A stretch of 52,938 nucleotides of DNA, from positions 1 to 52,938 of the forward strand of contig JBDRMV010000012.1 in assembly GCA_043811795.1 (NCBI GenBank), read 5' to 3'. The notes under the pieces were generated by a model. The model made no database searches and was not told where the DNA came from. It worked only from the letters and a program-made list of their open reading frames with translations. Source of the DNA: a bacterium (GTDB lineage: Bacteria; CG03). Positions within the stretch are counted from its first letter, which is position 1. Each line of letters begins with the position of its first letter. Positions 1 through 8,375 of this stretch are shown here, in pieces. The position numbers were made by a program, and so were the translations under genes.

Positions 1-2
1 AT

Positions 3-101
3 GAAGTCGCAACAATGAAACTCCGGTCAATGGGGATAAAAATAGACAGGCTGACTCCCGAACAGAAGAAATATCTTTCTTCATGGACTGCGGGAACATA
101 A
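3..101 (+). CDS. ahcY: 3' end (last 32 codons) of adenosylhomocysteinase, truncated by the window edge
   Basis: Frame 3 reads [32 protein letters not shown]-stop. This resembles the conserved AhcY C-terminal tail as I recall it. It has no start in the window, so it is absent from the ORF track. Confidence 0.5.
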   Translation, partial: EVATMKLRSMGIKIDRLTPEQKKYLSSWTAGT

Positions 102-637
102 AAAAAATCAAAAATAAAAAAAAGAACATTGCAAAGGCGAAGAAAATAAAGGTCTTTGCAATGGACATTGACGGCGTTCTGACGGACGGACGTATTGTTT
201 TCTGCAAAGGCGAGGAAATAAAATACTGGAACGTAAAAGACCGGATTGCTTTTTTCATATTGAACAGGGCGGGTTATAAAACGGTGTGGATTTCGGGCAG
301 AAAAAGCCGGGAAGTCGAAGAAAGAGCGGGGGATCTCAAAATTAAAGGGGTCTTCCTCGGTGTAAAAAACAAACTTAAAATTTGGAAGCTTGTTTTAAAT
401 AAATTCAAAATAAAGCGTGAAGAAATTTTGTACATAGGCGACGACCTTGTTGATTTGCCTCTTCTGAAAAGCGCGGGCCTTTCCGCTGCCCCTGCCGACG
501 CCGCGGACGATGTCAGAAAAATCTGCGATATCGTAACACGTTCCGCCGCAGGCGAAGGAGTGCTCAGGGAAATCACCGAATTCGTTTTAAAAGCGCAAAA
601 CAAATGGAAAAATGTCTTAAACTATTACGTTTCTTAA
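83..637 (+). CDS. kdsC: 3-deoxy-D-manno-octulosonate 8-phosphate phosphatase (HAD family, KdsC)
   Basis: HAD motif I is [12 protein letters not shown] and motif IV is IGDDLVDL. The size and the position upstream of lptC/lptA/lptB fit KdsC. It has an unusual Lys-rich N-terminal 25 aa. Confidence 0.85.
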   Translation: MDCGNIKKIKNKKKNIAKAKKIKVFAMDIDGVLTDGRIVFCKGEEIKYWNVKDRIAFFILNRAGYKTVWISGRKSREVEERAGDLKIKGVFLGVKNKLKIWKLVLNKFKIKREEILYIGDDLVDLPLLKSAGLSAAPADAADDVRKICDIVTRSAAGEGVLREITEFVLKAQNKWKNVLNYYVS

Positions 638-1122
638 CCATCATATTACTCTTCCAGACCTGTTCAAAACAATCATCGGAATTCAGGGTTCTGGAGAAGA
701 TGGACGGTTTTCATATAAAAAAAACTTGCGGCGGCGTGACAAAGTTCGCCCTTCGCGGTGAAAAAATGGTAAGGGGACAAAAAATAGTTGCATCTTATGT
801 AACCGGCTCTTTCTACGATGACGGCGCGGCGAGCGCCGATTTTCAGGCAGACAGAGCCGTTTTTTCCGAAGACGGCAGAGAAATGGAGGCATCCGGCAAC
901 GTTTTTATTCTGGATAAGAAAAATAACGCAAAAATCTACCTTGAAGACATCATGTGGGACAATGCAAAACGCATTTATTTCACGAACAAAAAAGTCAGGC
1001 AGGTTTCATCCGACGGGGAAATTTACGGCACCGGTCTTATGGCGACGGAAGACCTCGGGCGCATCGTAATTGAAAACCCGCGGGTAACCGCAGAAACAAA
1101 AAAAGTGACCAATGAAAAATGA
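604..1122 (+). CDS. lptC: LPS export system protein LptC-like (membrane-anchored)
   Basis: It has an N-terminal hydrophobic anchor, a beta-rich OstA/LptC-like body, and conserved kdsC-lptC-lptA-lptB synteny. Its stop codon lies inside the MITE-like repeat. Confidence 0.7.
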   Translation: MEKCLKLLRFLTIILLFQTCSKQSSEFRVLEKMDGFHIKKTCGGVTKFALRGEKMVRGQKIVASYVTGSFYDDGAASADFQADRAVFSEDGREMEASGNVFILDKKNNAKIYLEDIMWDNAKRIYFTNKKVRQVSSDGEIYGTGLMATEDLGRIVIENPRVTAETKKVTNEK

Positions 1123-1230
1123 CGTTGCCTTCCAGGGACGCTCACGTAAGAATAGTTCGCTCTGGGTTCGCTCCGGGCGAGAGCAAAACTCCTCGCTCAC
1201 ACAGCCCCGTCAGACAACGGTCATTTTTCC
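1114..1230. repeat. MITE-like repeat, copy A (about 117 bp), with terminal inverted repeats GAAAAATGAC(C)GTTG
   Basis: The arms are near-identical to 48868-48999. The left arm is AAATGACGTTGCCTTCCnnGGACGCTCACG. The right arm is GTTCGCTCCGGG...GCAAAACTCCTCGCTCACACAGCCCCGTCAGACAACGGTCATTTT. The two copies are read in different frames, so conservation is at the nucleotide level. Confidence 0.8.
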
Positions 1231-1237
1231 AATTAAA

Positions 1238-1948
1238 GTGCAACTGCACATTAAGATTTTTTGTTTTCTTACCGCTATTCATTCTTTCTGTCCCTTTTTA
1301 CAGGCCGATTCGCTCCAGATAGAAGCGGAAAAAATGATTTATCTGAAACAGGGGGATATTGTTGAATTCAAAAAAAGTGTCAAATTTTCAAAAGAGGGTT
1401 TTAATGGAATTTCCGAAACCCTTCTTCTCGATAAAAAAAAGCGGGTCCTTTCCGCATCCGGCAATGTCTATATAATTCTGAAAAGCACAACAACGGCGCA
1501 AATGTTGAAATTGTGGACAAAAGAAATCCTATATAACGAAAAAAGCGATAAGATATCTTCATCCACGCCGGCTAAGTTTCTGGTTTTTACGTCCACCCGC
1601 CAGAGGTCGGATACCGCGGCCGGAGCCGAAGACAATCTCGCTGCGAGGACCGCTACTCCGGGGGTCTATGAAATCACCTGTGATTCATTTTACGGTTTCG
1701 CGGCAGGGCGGAGGTTTTACTTATCGGGAAAACCTGTTATAATAAACGGGGAAGGCCGTGAAGGCAAGGCGGATTTTGCTGATTTTTCAAATGATGTCAT
1801 AATGATGAAGGAAAATGCATCAATGGAATATAAAGGGGAAAGTCCTTATTTTATCAACGCAGGACTCATCAGAATTGATACTGCCAGCGGAAAAATTAAT
1901 TTCAAAGAAGACGTGGAAGGAACTTTTTATAATTCAAACCCGCAATGA
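1238..1948 (+). CDS. lptA: LPS transport periplasmic protein LptA (OstA-like); start uncertain
   Basis: The body is OstA-like (ADSLQIEAEKMIYLKQGDIV...SASGNVYI) and the stop overlaps the lptB start. A GTG at 1238 gives a signal-peptide-like N-terminus (IKIFCFLTAIHSFCPFLQA/D). The ATG at 1112 would translate the repeat, and the ATG at 1334 would remove the signal peptide. Confidence 0.7.
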   Translation: MQLHIKIFCFLTAIHSFCPFLQADSLQIEAEKMIYLKQGDIVEFKKSVKFSKEGFNGISETLLLDKKKRVLSASGNVYIILKSTTTAQMLKLWTKEILYNEKSDKISSSTPAKFLVFTSTRQRSDTAAGAEDNLAARTATPGVYEITCDSFYGFAAGRRFYLSGKPVIINGEGREGKADFADFSNDVIMMKENASMEYKGESPYFINAGLIRIDTASGKINFKEDVEGTFYNSNPQ

Positions 1949-2685
1949 ATAATGAAACCCGCCCGGAAAAAGAGAATAACCTCTCTTTGAGAGTTTCCGG
2001 CCTGGTAAAGGACTACGGTAAAAAAAGAGCCGTCAACGGCGTTGACATTGAAGTAAAAAGGGGCGATATTGTGGGGCTTCTGGGACCCAACGGCGCCGGT
2101 AAGACGACAATTTTCTATTCGGTAATGGGCATCATTGCCCCAACGTCCGGGAAAATTTTTCTGGGAGATGCTGACATCTCCGGAATGCCGGTTTACAGGC
2201 GGGCGCGCGAAGGCATCGGTTATCTCGCGCAGGAGCCGTCGATTTTCAGAGGTCTCTCCGCACGTGAAAATCTTTCCGCCGTCGCGCAGTTCACGGGCGC
2301 TGATAAAAATGAGCGGACCGACGAAATAATGGAGGAGATGGGAATTTCACACTGCGCCGGAACAAAGGCGTCAAACCTCTCCGGCGGAGAAAAAAGAAGA
2401 GTGGAAATTTCAAGAATTCTTCTTGCAAACCCCTCTTTTCTTTTGCTCGACGAGCCCTTTGTGGGAATCGACCCGATTGCCGTTTCGGAACTCAAACGCA
2501 TCGTAATCGGTTTTAAGAAAAGAAATATAGGAGTCCTTATTACCGACCACAATGTGCGGGAGACCCTCAAAATAATAGACAGCGCTTATATCATTCACAA
2601 GGGCCGGATACTCATCCACGGCACAAGTTCCCAGCTCCTGAATTCCGCCGAGGCGCGCAAAATTTATTTAGGCGAGGACTTTTAG
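1945..2685 (+). CDS. lptB: LPS export ABC transporter ATP-binding protein LptB
   Basis: It has Walker A GPNGAGKTT, ABC signature LSGGEKRRVEISR and Walker B LLLDEP. The synteny also fits. Confidence 0.93.
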   Translation: MNNETRPEKENNLSLRVSGLVKDYGKKRAVNGVDIEVKRGDIVGLLGPNGAGKTTIFYSVMGIIAPTSGKIFLGDADISGMPVYRRAREGIGYLAQEPSIFRGLSARENLSAVAQFTGADKNERTDEIMEEMGISHCAGTKASNLSGGEKRRVEISRILLANPSFLLLDEPFVGIDPIAVSELKRIVIGFKKRNIGVLITDHNVRETLKIIDSAYIIHKGRILIHGTSSQLLNSAEARKIYLGEDF

Positions 2686-2721
2686 AGACGCTTTCGATTA
2701 AATATAATAGGGAGGTTTGTA

Positions 2722-3231
2722 ATGAAAATTGTTGCTAAAAACTTCAGCTTGACGGAGCCGCTGAAAGAATATGCCCTGAAGAAACTGGGTTATTTCCAGC
2801 AGCGTTTCGGCATTTCAAACATCACGGTTACCCTGTCACAGGAGAAAAAAAATTCCACGGCGCAGTTTCTGGGAACATTTTCAAAAACCAACGCTCTCGT
2901 GAAAGTGAAAGCGTCGGACAATACCATGTATGCGGTTATCGACAAGGTTTATTCCATCTGCAAGGTAAAATTGAGCCGCACGAAGAACCAAACTTTGCAA
3001 AATACCCATGCTCTGCGGAAGAAAAGAAAAGGCATCAGGGCTTTTGAGGAACCCGCGGAAACGATGAGAAGTGTCCCGGTTACTCTTATGAGCCGGGAGC
3101 TCGCGCTTGAAAAAATGCTGCGCAGCAAATATCATTTCTGGCTTTATACCGACAAAGACACGGGGCTTTTTACAGTGCTGTACAAAAGCGGGGACGGGCA
3201 GATCTGCGTAATTCATCCCGTCTTCGAATAA
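2722..3231 (+). CDS. hpf: Ribosome hibernation promoting factor (long HPF / sigma-54 modulation protein family)
   Basis: SD GGGAGG lies upstream. It has a YfiA/HPF-like N-domain plus a C-terminal dimerisation-type domain, and sits between lptB and ptsN as in many proteobacteria. Confidence 0.88.
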   Translation: MKIVAKNFSLTEPLKEYALKKLGYFQQRFGISNITVTLSQEKKNSTAQFLGTFSKTNALVKVKASDNTMYAVIDKVYSICKVKLSRTKNQTLQNTHALRKKRKGIRAFEEPAETMRSVPVTLMSRELALEKMLRSKYHFWLYTDKDTGLFTVLYKSGDGQICVIHPVFE

Positions 3232-3233
3232 CC

Positions 3234-3689
3234 ATGCTAAATTACATATCTTCGCCTTTAATAAGCGTCCGGACAAAAGCAAAATCCAAGAAACGGGTCA
3301 TTGAAGAACTCCTCGGCCTTTTTGTCAAAACCAAAGACATCGGAAAAAAATATGCAAACGATGTCTGCAAGGCGGTCCTCAAGCGGGAAACTCTGGGGTC
3401 GACGGGAATCGGCAACGGCATTGCCCTGCCCCACGTAAGACATAAAAAAATAAAAAAAATAAAGATGGCTTTTGCAAATTCGGTTGACGGCATAGAATTC
3501 AATTCTCTGGACGCAGAACCGGTTCACATTGTTTTTCTCCTTATAGGTCCGGAGAAATCGGGACGGGAATACACACAAGTTCTTTCGGAGCTCGCCCAAT
3601 ATTTAAATGACCCTTATTTCAGGAGGGACTTGCTTGCCGCCGAAGCAAAAAAGGATGTGCTTGCCGCAATCAGGAAGAAAGACGAATGA
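3234..3689 (+). CDS. ptsN: PTS EIIA-Ntr type protein (PtsN)
   Basis: It has the EIIA(Fru/Ntr) active-site region GIGNGIALPHVR. The size and the synteny after hpf fit. Confidence 0.87.
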   Translation: MLNYISSPLISVRTKAKSKKRVIEELLGLFVKTKDIGKKYANDVCKAVLKRETLGSTGIGNGIALPHVRHKKIKKIKMAFANSVDGIEFNSLDAEPVHIVFLLIGPEKSGREYTQVLSELAQYLNDPYFRRDLLAAEAKKDVLAAIRKKDE

Positions 3690-4108
3690 CAAAAATAATT
3701 ATTGCCGCCCACGGAAACATTGCCGAACATCTTTTGAATGCGGTAAAAAACCTGACAGGTGAAATAGAAAATATACAGGCAATAAACTTCCGGACGCACC
3801 AGTCGCTGGACGACCTGAAAAATTCCCTTGATACAGCCGTTCTCGTTCGACCCGGCGAAGATGTTTTTATCTTAACCGATTTTCTCGGCGGGTCGCCGTG
3901 CAACTGCGCCTGCCGGCTGCTGCCCGGAAAAAACATGTGGGTCGTCTCGGGCGTGAACCTTCCGATGCTCCTTGAACTGATAACGAAAAGAGACAAAATT
4001 CCGCCGGCACAGTTGTGCTCTGAAATTATAAAGGCAGGCCGGGAATCGATTGTAGATGTAAAAGCGAAATTTGTCTCGCGAATAAACACAAAAAGGGCAG
4101 AGCAATGA
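3686..4108 (+). CDS. PTS mannose/sorbose-family EIIA component
   Basis: The N-terminal KIIIAAHGNIAEHL carries a phospho-His like ManX IIA. It overlaps ptsN in an ATGA junction. Confidence 0.85.
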   Translation: MTKIIIAAHGNIAEHLLNAVKNLTGEIENIQAINFRTHQSLDDLKNSLDTAVLVRPGEDVFILTDFLGGSPCNCACRLLPGKNMWVVSGVNLPMLLELITKRDKIPPAQLCSEIIKAGRESIVDVKAKFVSRINTKRAEQ

Positions 4109-4611
4109 TTAAATTATTCCGCGTCGATTCGCGGCTTATTCACGGGCAGATTGTTGAGGGATGGCTTAAGGCATATCCCATAGACGAAATCCTGGTAATA
4201 GACGACGATATTTATAACAGCGAATTTGAAACCAGGGTTATGAGGTTTTCCGTTCCTCAGGAAGTATCATTCGAGGTCTTAACAATCGGCATGGCCTCCG
4301 AAAGATGGAGAACATTTGAGGCCTCCGCCAAAAAAATCCTCGTCATAGTGCAGTCAATAGAAATCCTGAAGAAACTCTTTGATACAGGCGTTAATTTACC
4401 CGGGATAAATATGGGCCTCGTCAATTACACCGACTCAAAAACCGCCCTTACGAAGTCGGTGTATATTGATGAAACGGAAAAAGATATCCTCTTATACCTT
4501 TTGGAAAAGGGCGTTAAAATATTTATCCAGACATTGCCTTCGGATGAAAAAATTCCACTTGAAAAAGTCATGGTTGGGGACGGTCGAAGAGACCCGTCCC
4601 CTTCCACATAA
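4105..4611 (+). CDS. PTS mannose/sorbose-family EIIB component
   Basis: It has the N-terminal RVDSRLIHGQIV motif (EIIB-Man catalytic His). It overlaps the preceding gene in an ATGA junction. Confidence 0.85.
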   Translation: MIKLFRVDSRLIHGQIVEGWLKAYPIDEILVIDDDIYNSEFETRVMRFSVPQEVSFEVLTIGMASERWRTFEASAKKILVIVQSIEILKKLFDTGVNLPGINMGLVNYTDSKTALTKSVYIDETEKDILLYLLEKGVKIFIQTLPSDEKIPLEKVMVGDGRRDPSPST

Positions 4612-4612
4612 A

Positions 4613-6685
4613 ATGAACGGAATGTATTTTGCTTTCGGGGTGCACGGTCATCAGCCGATCGGTAATCATCCGAGGATATTTGAAGAATGTTACAGAACTT
4701 CATACGCGCCTTTTTTTAAAGTACTCGAGAACTTCCCCGAACTTTTGATTAACGTCCATCTGAGCGGGTCCCTGCTTGAGTGGCTCCTGAAAAACAAACC
4801 CGAGTTTATCGGCTCCCTTCAAGCGATGATAGACAGAGGACAAATTGAAATTTTGGGCGGACCTCTTTATGAACCGGTATTGCCGCTCATACCCGAACCG
4901 GATATAACGGAACAGATTTTGCTCTTTACAAAATTTCTCGCCGAGAAAATGGGCGTTCACCCCCGCGGGATGTGGCTTCCGGAGAGGGTCTGGGAATCGT
5001 ATCTTGCAAAACCCATTGCAATGGCGGGAATCGAATATACGCTGGTGGACAACTGTCATTTTAACGGAGCGGGATGGATGGACGATAAACTGCACGGCTA
5101 TTTTATCACGGAGCATGAGGGTTTTAAGTTAAAAATGTTCCCGATACTTGAGTCCCTGAGATACAAAATGCCGTATTCCGCTCCGGCGAAAGTCATCGAA
5201 TATATAAAAAAAATAGGCGAGGAAGCCGGCGGCGGTGTGAGAATAATGATAGATGATATCGAAAAATTCGGCGCATGGCCCGGGTCATACAAGCACACTT
5301 ATGAAGACAAATGGCTTGAGAATTTTTTTACCCTTCTCAAAAAAGAACAGAAAGCAGGAAACATTTCTACGATAAAACTTTCCGATTACACGGATAAATT
5401 CCCCTCCGACGGCAACATCTATCTGCCCGCACGCTCGTATTCTAAAATGGGGATGTGGGCGCTCCCCTGCGATTCCGGAAATACTTTCCGGCCCATTTAC
5501 GAAAAAATAAAGGAAACCGCCGAGACAGAGAAAAAACCATGGATGAATTTTATATGCGGAGGGATTTTCCAGAATATGCTCATCAAATACCCCGAAAGCA
5601 ATCTTATGCATAAAAAAATGCTCAAACTCTCGCGGGAAATAATTAACCTCCGTGAAAGCGAGAACTTCCCCGCAATGCAGCGGCATCTTTTCAGAGGCCA
5701 GTGCAACTGCGCTTACTGGCACGGAATTTTCGGCGGAATTTACATGGGGCACCTGAGAGCCGCTGTTTTCCACGAACTTCTTGAATGCGAAAAACTGCTT
5801 TACGGAACCTCCGGTAAAAAAATGCTGCTGGCGGAGGACGATTCCGTCTTTTACGGCCAGAACGAAATAGACGTCTGCACTGAAAATTTTTCCGCGCACA
5901 TCCACCCTGACATAGGAGCAAACGTTTCGGAACTCTCCGAATTCAAGACCTGTCACAACCTCGGTTTCGTCATGAAACGCCGCAAGGAGGTGTATCACAC
6001 TTCAAATATATTAAATGATAAAATAGTTGAACCCGCAAACAAGTCAGTCAAAATTAAAGACGCACAGAAGCTTACTTACGACTGGTACGACAGATTTTCG
6101 TTCATTTTCCATTTTTTCCACCCGGAAACCCGCCTCGAGGACTTCGCAAAATGCACATACGGCGAGCAGGGTGACTTCGTCAATCAACCCTTCAAATACA
6201 CGATAGACCGTGATGCCGGAAAAATAATCTGCGAAAGAACAGGCCACGTATGGGAAGCGGATAACTTTGTAAACATAACCGTAACAAAGACATTTGAATT
6301 CTTCGGCAACAGTGAAATAAAATTTCTCTGGAAAATTACGAACAATTCTCCGAAAAAAATAAATTTACTCCCCGGCATAGAACTGAATTTAAGCCCGTCC
6401 TCGCAAAATTCCGCAACATTCTCGGTCGGCGCCGAAACCGTCCCCTGCACGAAATTGTTTCAGGGTAGCGGCGACTCCGTGGTTCTTGAGGACAAAATAT
6501 ACAACCTGACCATGAAAATTTTATGCTCAAAAAAAACAAAAATATGGCTTTATCCCGTTGAAACCGTCTGCCTGATAGACACCGGTTTTGAATCCCTTTT
6601 CCAGGGCGTTTCCCTTACATTCCTGAACCGTGTTGAAATCGAACCCGGCCGGGCAGACACGGGGACGATAAGGATTATGGTTTAA
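4613..6685 (+). CDS. Glycoside hydrolase family 57 enzyme (4-alpha-glucanotransferase / amylopullulanase-like), cytoplasmic
   Basis: All five GH57 signature regions are visible: HGHQP, GQIEILGG, WLPERVWE (nucleophile Glu), DDIEKFG (acid/base Asp) and CNCAYWHG. The start was chosen at the ATG 1 nt after the EIIB stop. The longer ORF from 4466 overlaps EIIB. Confidence 0.88.
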   Translation: MNGMYFAFGVHGHQPIGNHPRIFEECYRTSYAPFFKVLENFPELLINVHLSGSLLEWLLKNKPEFIGSLQAMIDRGQIEILGGPLYEPVLPLIPEPDITEQILLFTKFLAEKMGVHPRGMWLPERVWESYLAKPIAMAGIEYTLVDNCHFNGAGWMDDKLHGYFITEHEGFKLKMFPILESLRYKMPYSAPAKVIEYIKKIGEEAGGGVRIMIDDIEKFGAWPGSYKHTYEDKWLENFFTLLKKEQKAGNISTIKLSDYTDKFPSDGNIYLPARSYSKMGMWALPCDSGNTFRPIYEKIKETAETEKKPWMNFICGGIFQNMLIKYPESNLMHKKMLKLSREIINLRESENFPAMQRHLFRGQCNCAYWHGIFGGIYMGHLRAAVFHELLECEKLLYGTSGKKMLLAEDDSVFYGQNEIDVCTENFSAHIHPDIGANVSELSEFKTCHNLGFVMKRRKEVYHTSNILNDKIVEPANKSVKIKDAQKLTYDWYDRFSFIFHFFHPETRLEDFAKCTYGEQGDFVNQPFKYTIDRDAGKIICERTGHVWEADNFVNITVTKTFEFFGNSEIKFLWKITNNSPKKINLLPGIELNLSPSSQNSATFSVGAETVPCTKLFQGSGDSVVLEDKIYNLTMKILCSKKTKIWLYPVETVCLIDTGFESLFQGVSLTFLNRVEIEPGRADTGTIRIMV

Positions 6686-7311
6686 TGCTGAATATCGCTC
6701 TCGCTTCACTGATGACCGGCGTTTTATCCTGCGATACGGTCACCGCAGGTCAGTTTATGCTCTCAAGGCCCATTATAATGGGCCCTGTAATAGGTCTCTG
6801 CCTCGGTAATCCTTACGTCGGTTTTATAGCGGGGATTTGCGTTGAATTAATATGGTCGAGCGTAATTCCCATCGGCTCCTCAACCCCGCCGGACATGCCC
6901 ATGACGTCGGCGCTGGCGACCGCATCCGCAATTTTTTCAATTTCAAACTACGGGATAACCGAGTTCCCTGCAATAATTCTGGCTCTGGTCGTTTCGATAC
7001 CGTGCGGGATTCTTTTTCAGAAGGCGAGTTTAAAAATCCGGCTCCGTAATTCGGATATCATCGACAAAATAAAGGCGGATGTTGCAAAAGACAAATACGA
7101 GAGCGTTAATTTCTTTACTCTGTTCGCTATTCTGAGGGTTTTTCTGGTGAGCGCATTCTTTTTTGCGGCATGTTATATTCTTATTACGCAGATACCGCGC
7201 GCCTACTGGATGCTTTTTAGCATTCTGAACGTTGCCCCGTGGGTAATTTTGAGATTTATATATATTCTCTGTTTTGCGCAGTTATTCGAGATGTTCGTAA
7301 AATGGAAATAA
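6685..7311 (+). CDS. PTS mannose-family IIC membrane component (short)
   Basis: It is a polytopic membrane protein whose start overlaps the GH57 stop (TAATG). It sits directly before a IID-like gene. Confidence 0.72.
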   Translation: MLNIALASLMTGVLSCDTVTAGQFMLSRPIIMGPVIGLCLGNPYVGFIAGICVELIWSSVIPIGSSTPPDMPMTSALATASAIFSISNYGITEFPAIILALVVSIPCGILFQKASLKIRLRNSDIIDKIKADVAKDKYESVNFFTLFAILRVFLVSAFFFAACYILITQIPRAYWMLFSILNVAPWVILRFIYILCFAQLFEMFVKWK

Positions 7312-8087
7312 AAACGGAAAGACATTACGAAAAGAAGTTCGGAAAAGTCCTGAGAAAGGTTTTCTTCAGGTCATTTCTGCTGCAGGCGCTCTGGAATTTC
7401 AAAGGAATGCAGAATGCGGGCTTTCTTTACACGATAAAGCCCGTTCTGGATCTTTTATATGAAAACAAAGAAGAAAAAAAAGCCGCCTACCTGAGGCATC
7501 TTGATTTTTTTAACACTCATCCCTACTGCGCCTCTTTTATATTCGGCGTTGTGGCCAGAGAAGAAAAATTGTTTGCGGAAAGCGGAGACAGGCGGCACAT
7601 AGAACGCGCGGTTAACACAAAAAAAATTCTGGGGGGGCCCATTGCCGCCTTCGGCGACTCAATGATATGGGGAATCGCCAGACCCTTTACCGCCCTTATC
7701 GGGACAGCCCTGATTCTGCTTTTCTCCAAGAATGTAAATCTTATGTGGCTCGGCCCGGCGGCGGCTTTCGTTATTTTCAATGTTTTCCACCTCATTATAA
7801 GATACCGCGGCATTTTCATCGGCTTTGAAGACGGTGAAAAAATTTTTGATAAAATTTTAGCCGGATACATCCACAAGTGGGCGGGTTATTTGAGAACGAC
7901 AGCGATTGTTCTGATTTCACTTCTGCTTGTAAGGGGCTTTATGTCCGAAACAGGGACCATGGCGCTTAAAATGGCGTATCCCGTTTCGTTTGTTTTGCTG
8001 GTTCTTTTTCTCAACAGAATTTCTGCGACGCTTCTTTTTTATATTGTTGTCGTGGCGGGAGGAATCTTTGCAGGGTGCTGTCACTAA
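7302..8087 (+). CDS. PTS mannose-family IID membrane component
   Basis: It has the IID-type N-terminus FFRSFLLQALWNFKGMQNAGFLYTIKP. The ATG at 7302 overlaps the IIC stop (ATGGAAATAA). Confidence 0.8.
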   Translation: MEIKTERHYEKKFGKVLRKVFFRSFLLQALWNFKGMQNAGFLYTIKPVLDLLYENKEEKKAAYLRHLDFFNTHPYCASFIFGVVAREEKLFAESGDRRHIERAVNTKKILGGPIAAFGDSMIWGIARPFTALIGTALILLFSKNVNLMWLGPAAAFVIFNVFHLIIRYRGIFIGFEDGEKIFDKILAGYIHKWAGYLRTTAIVLISLLLVRGFMSETGTMALKMAYPVSFVLLVLFLNRISATLLFYIVVVAGGIFAGCCH

Positions 8088-8340
8088 AAAATATAAAATA
8101 ATGCTTGCCTCCGGTATCCACGTGAGAACCGCCCTCACAATTGCCAAACTCGTCGGCAGATTCAAGAGTAAGGTCTTTATAAAAAAGGGAGAGAATGAGG
8201 CGGGGACGGATTCTTCCCTCGGAATTCTTGCCCTGGGAATAGAAGAAGGCGATGAAATCGAAATCAGAATCGAAGGCCCCGACGGCGCGGATCTTGCGGA
8301 AGCCTTCGATAAATTGGTAAATGATAATTTTGGAGAATAG
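8068..8340 (+). CDS. ptsH: Phosphocarrier protein HPr (TTG start)
   Basis: TKKYKIMLASGIHVRTA aligns with the B. subtilis HPr segment QKTFKVTADSGIHARPA. The ATG at 8101 would delete strand 1. GGGAGG at 8057-8062 lies 5 nt before the TTG at 8068. Confidence 0.85.
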   Translation: MQGAVTKKYKIMLASGIHVRTALTIAKLVGRFKSKVFIKKGENEAGTDSSLGILALGIEEGDEIEIRIEGPDGADLAEAFDKLVNDNFGE

Positions 8341-8375
8341 CCGCAAAGCAGTCATCGCGGCAAATAGGAGTAAAT

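Noticed and set aside
1112-1237. N-terminal 42 codons of the 278-aa ORF (MKNDVAFQGRSRKNSS...) as part of LptA
   Set aside because: This stretch is the MITE-like repeat. The second copy (48868-48999) is conserved at the nucleotide level but shifts frame relative to this one. The encoded peptide is also not signal-peptide-like.
4466-4612. Upstream 49 codons of the GH57 ORF
   Set aside because: They overlap the EIIB gene completely in another frame. The GH57 domain (YFAFGVHGHQP) begins right after the ATG at 4613, which abuts the EIIB stop.
5285-5998. 237-aa minus-strand ORF
   Set aside because: It is antisense to the GH57 gene, whose frame carries all the family signatures. It is a shadow ORF.
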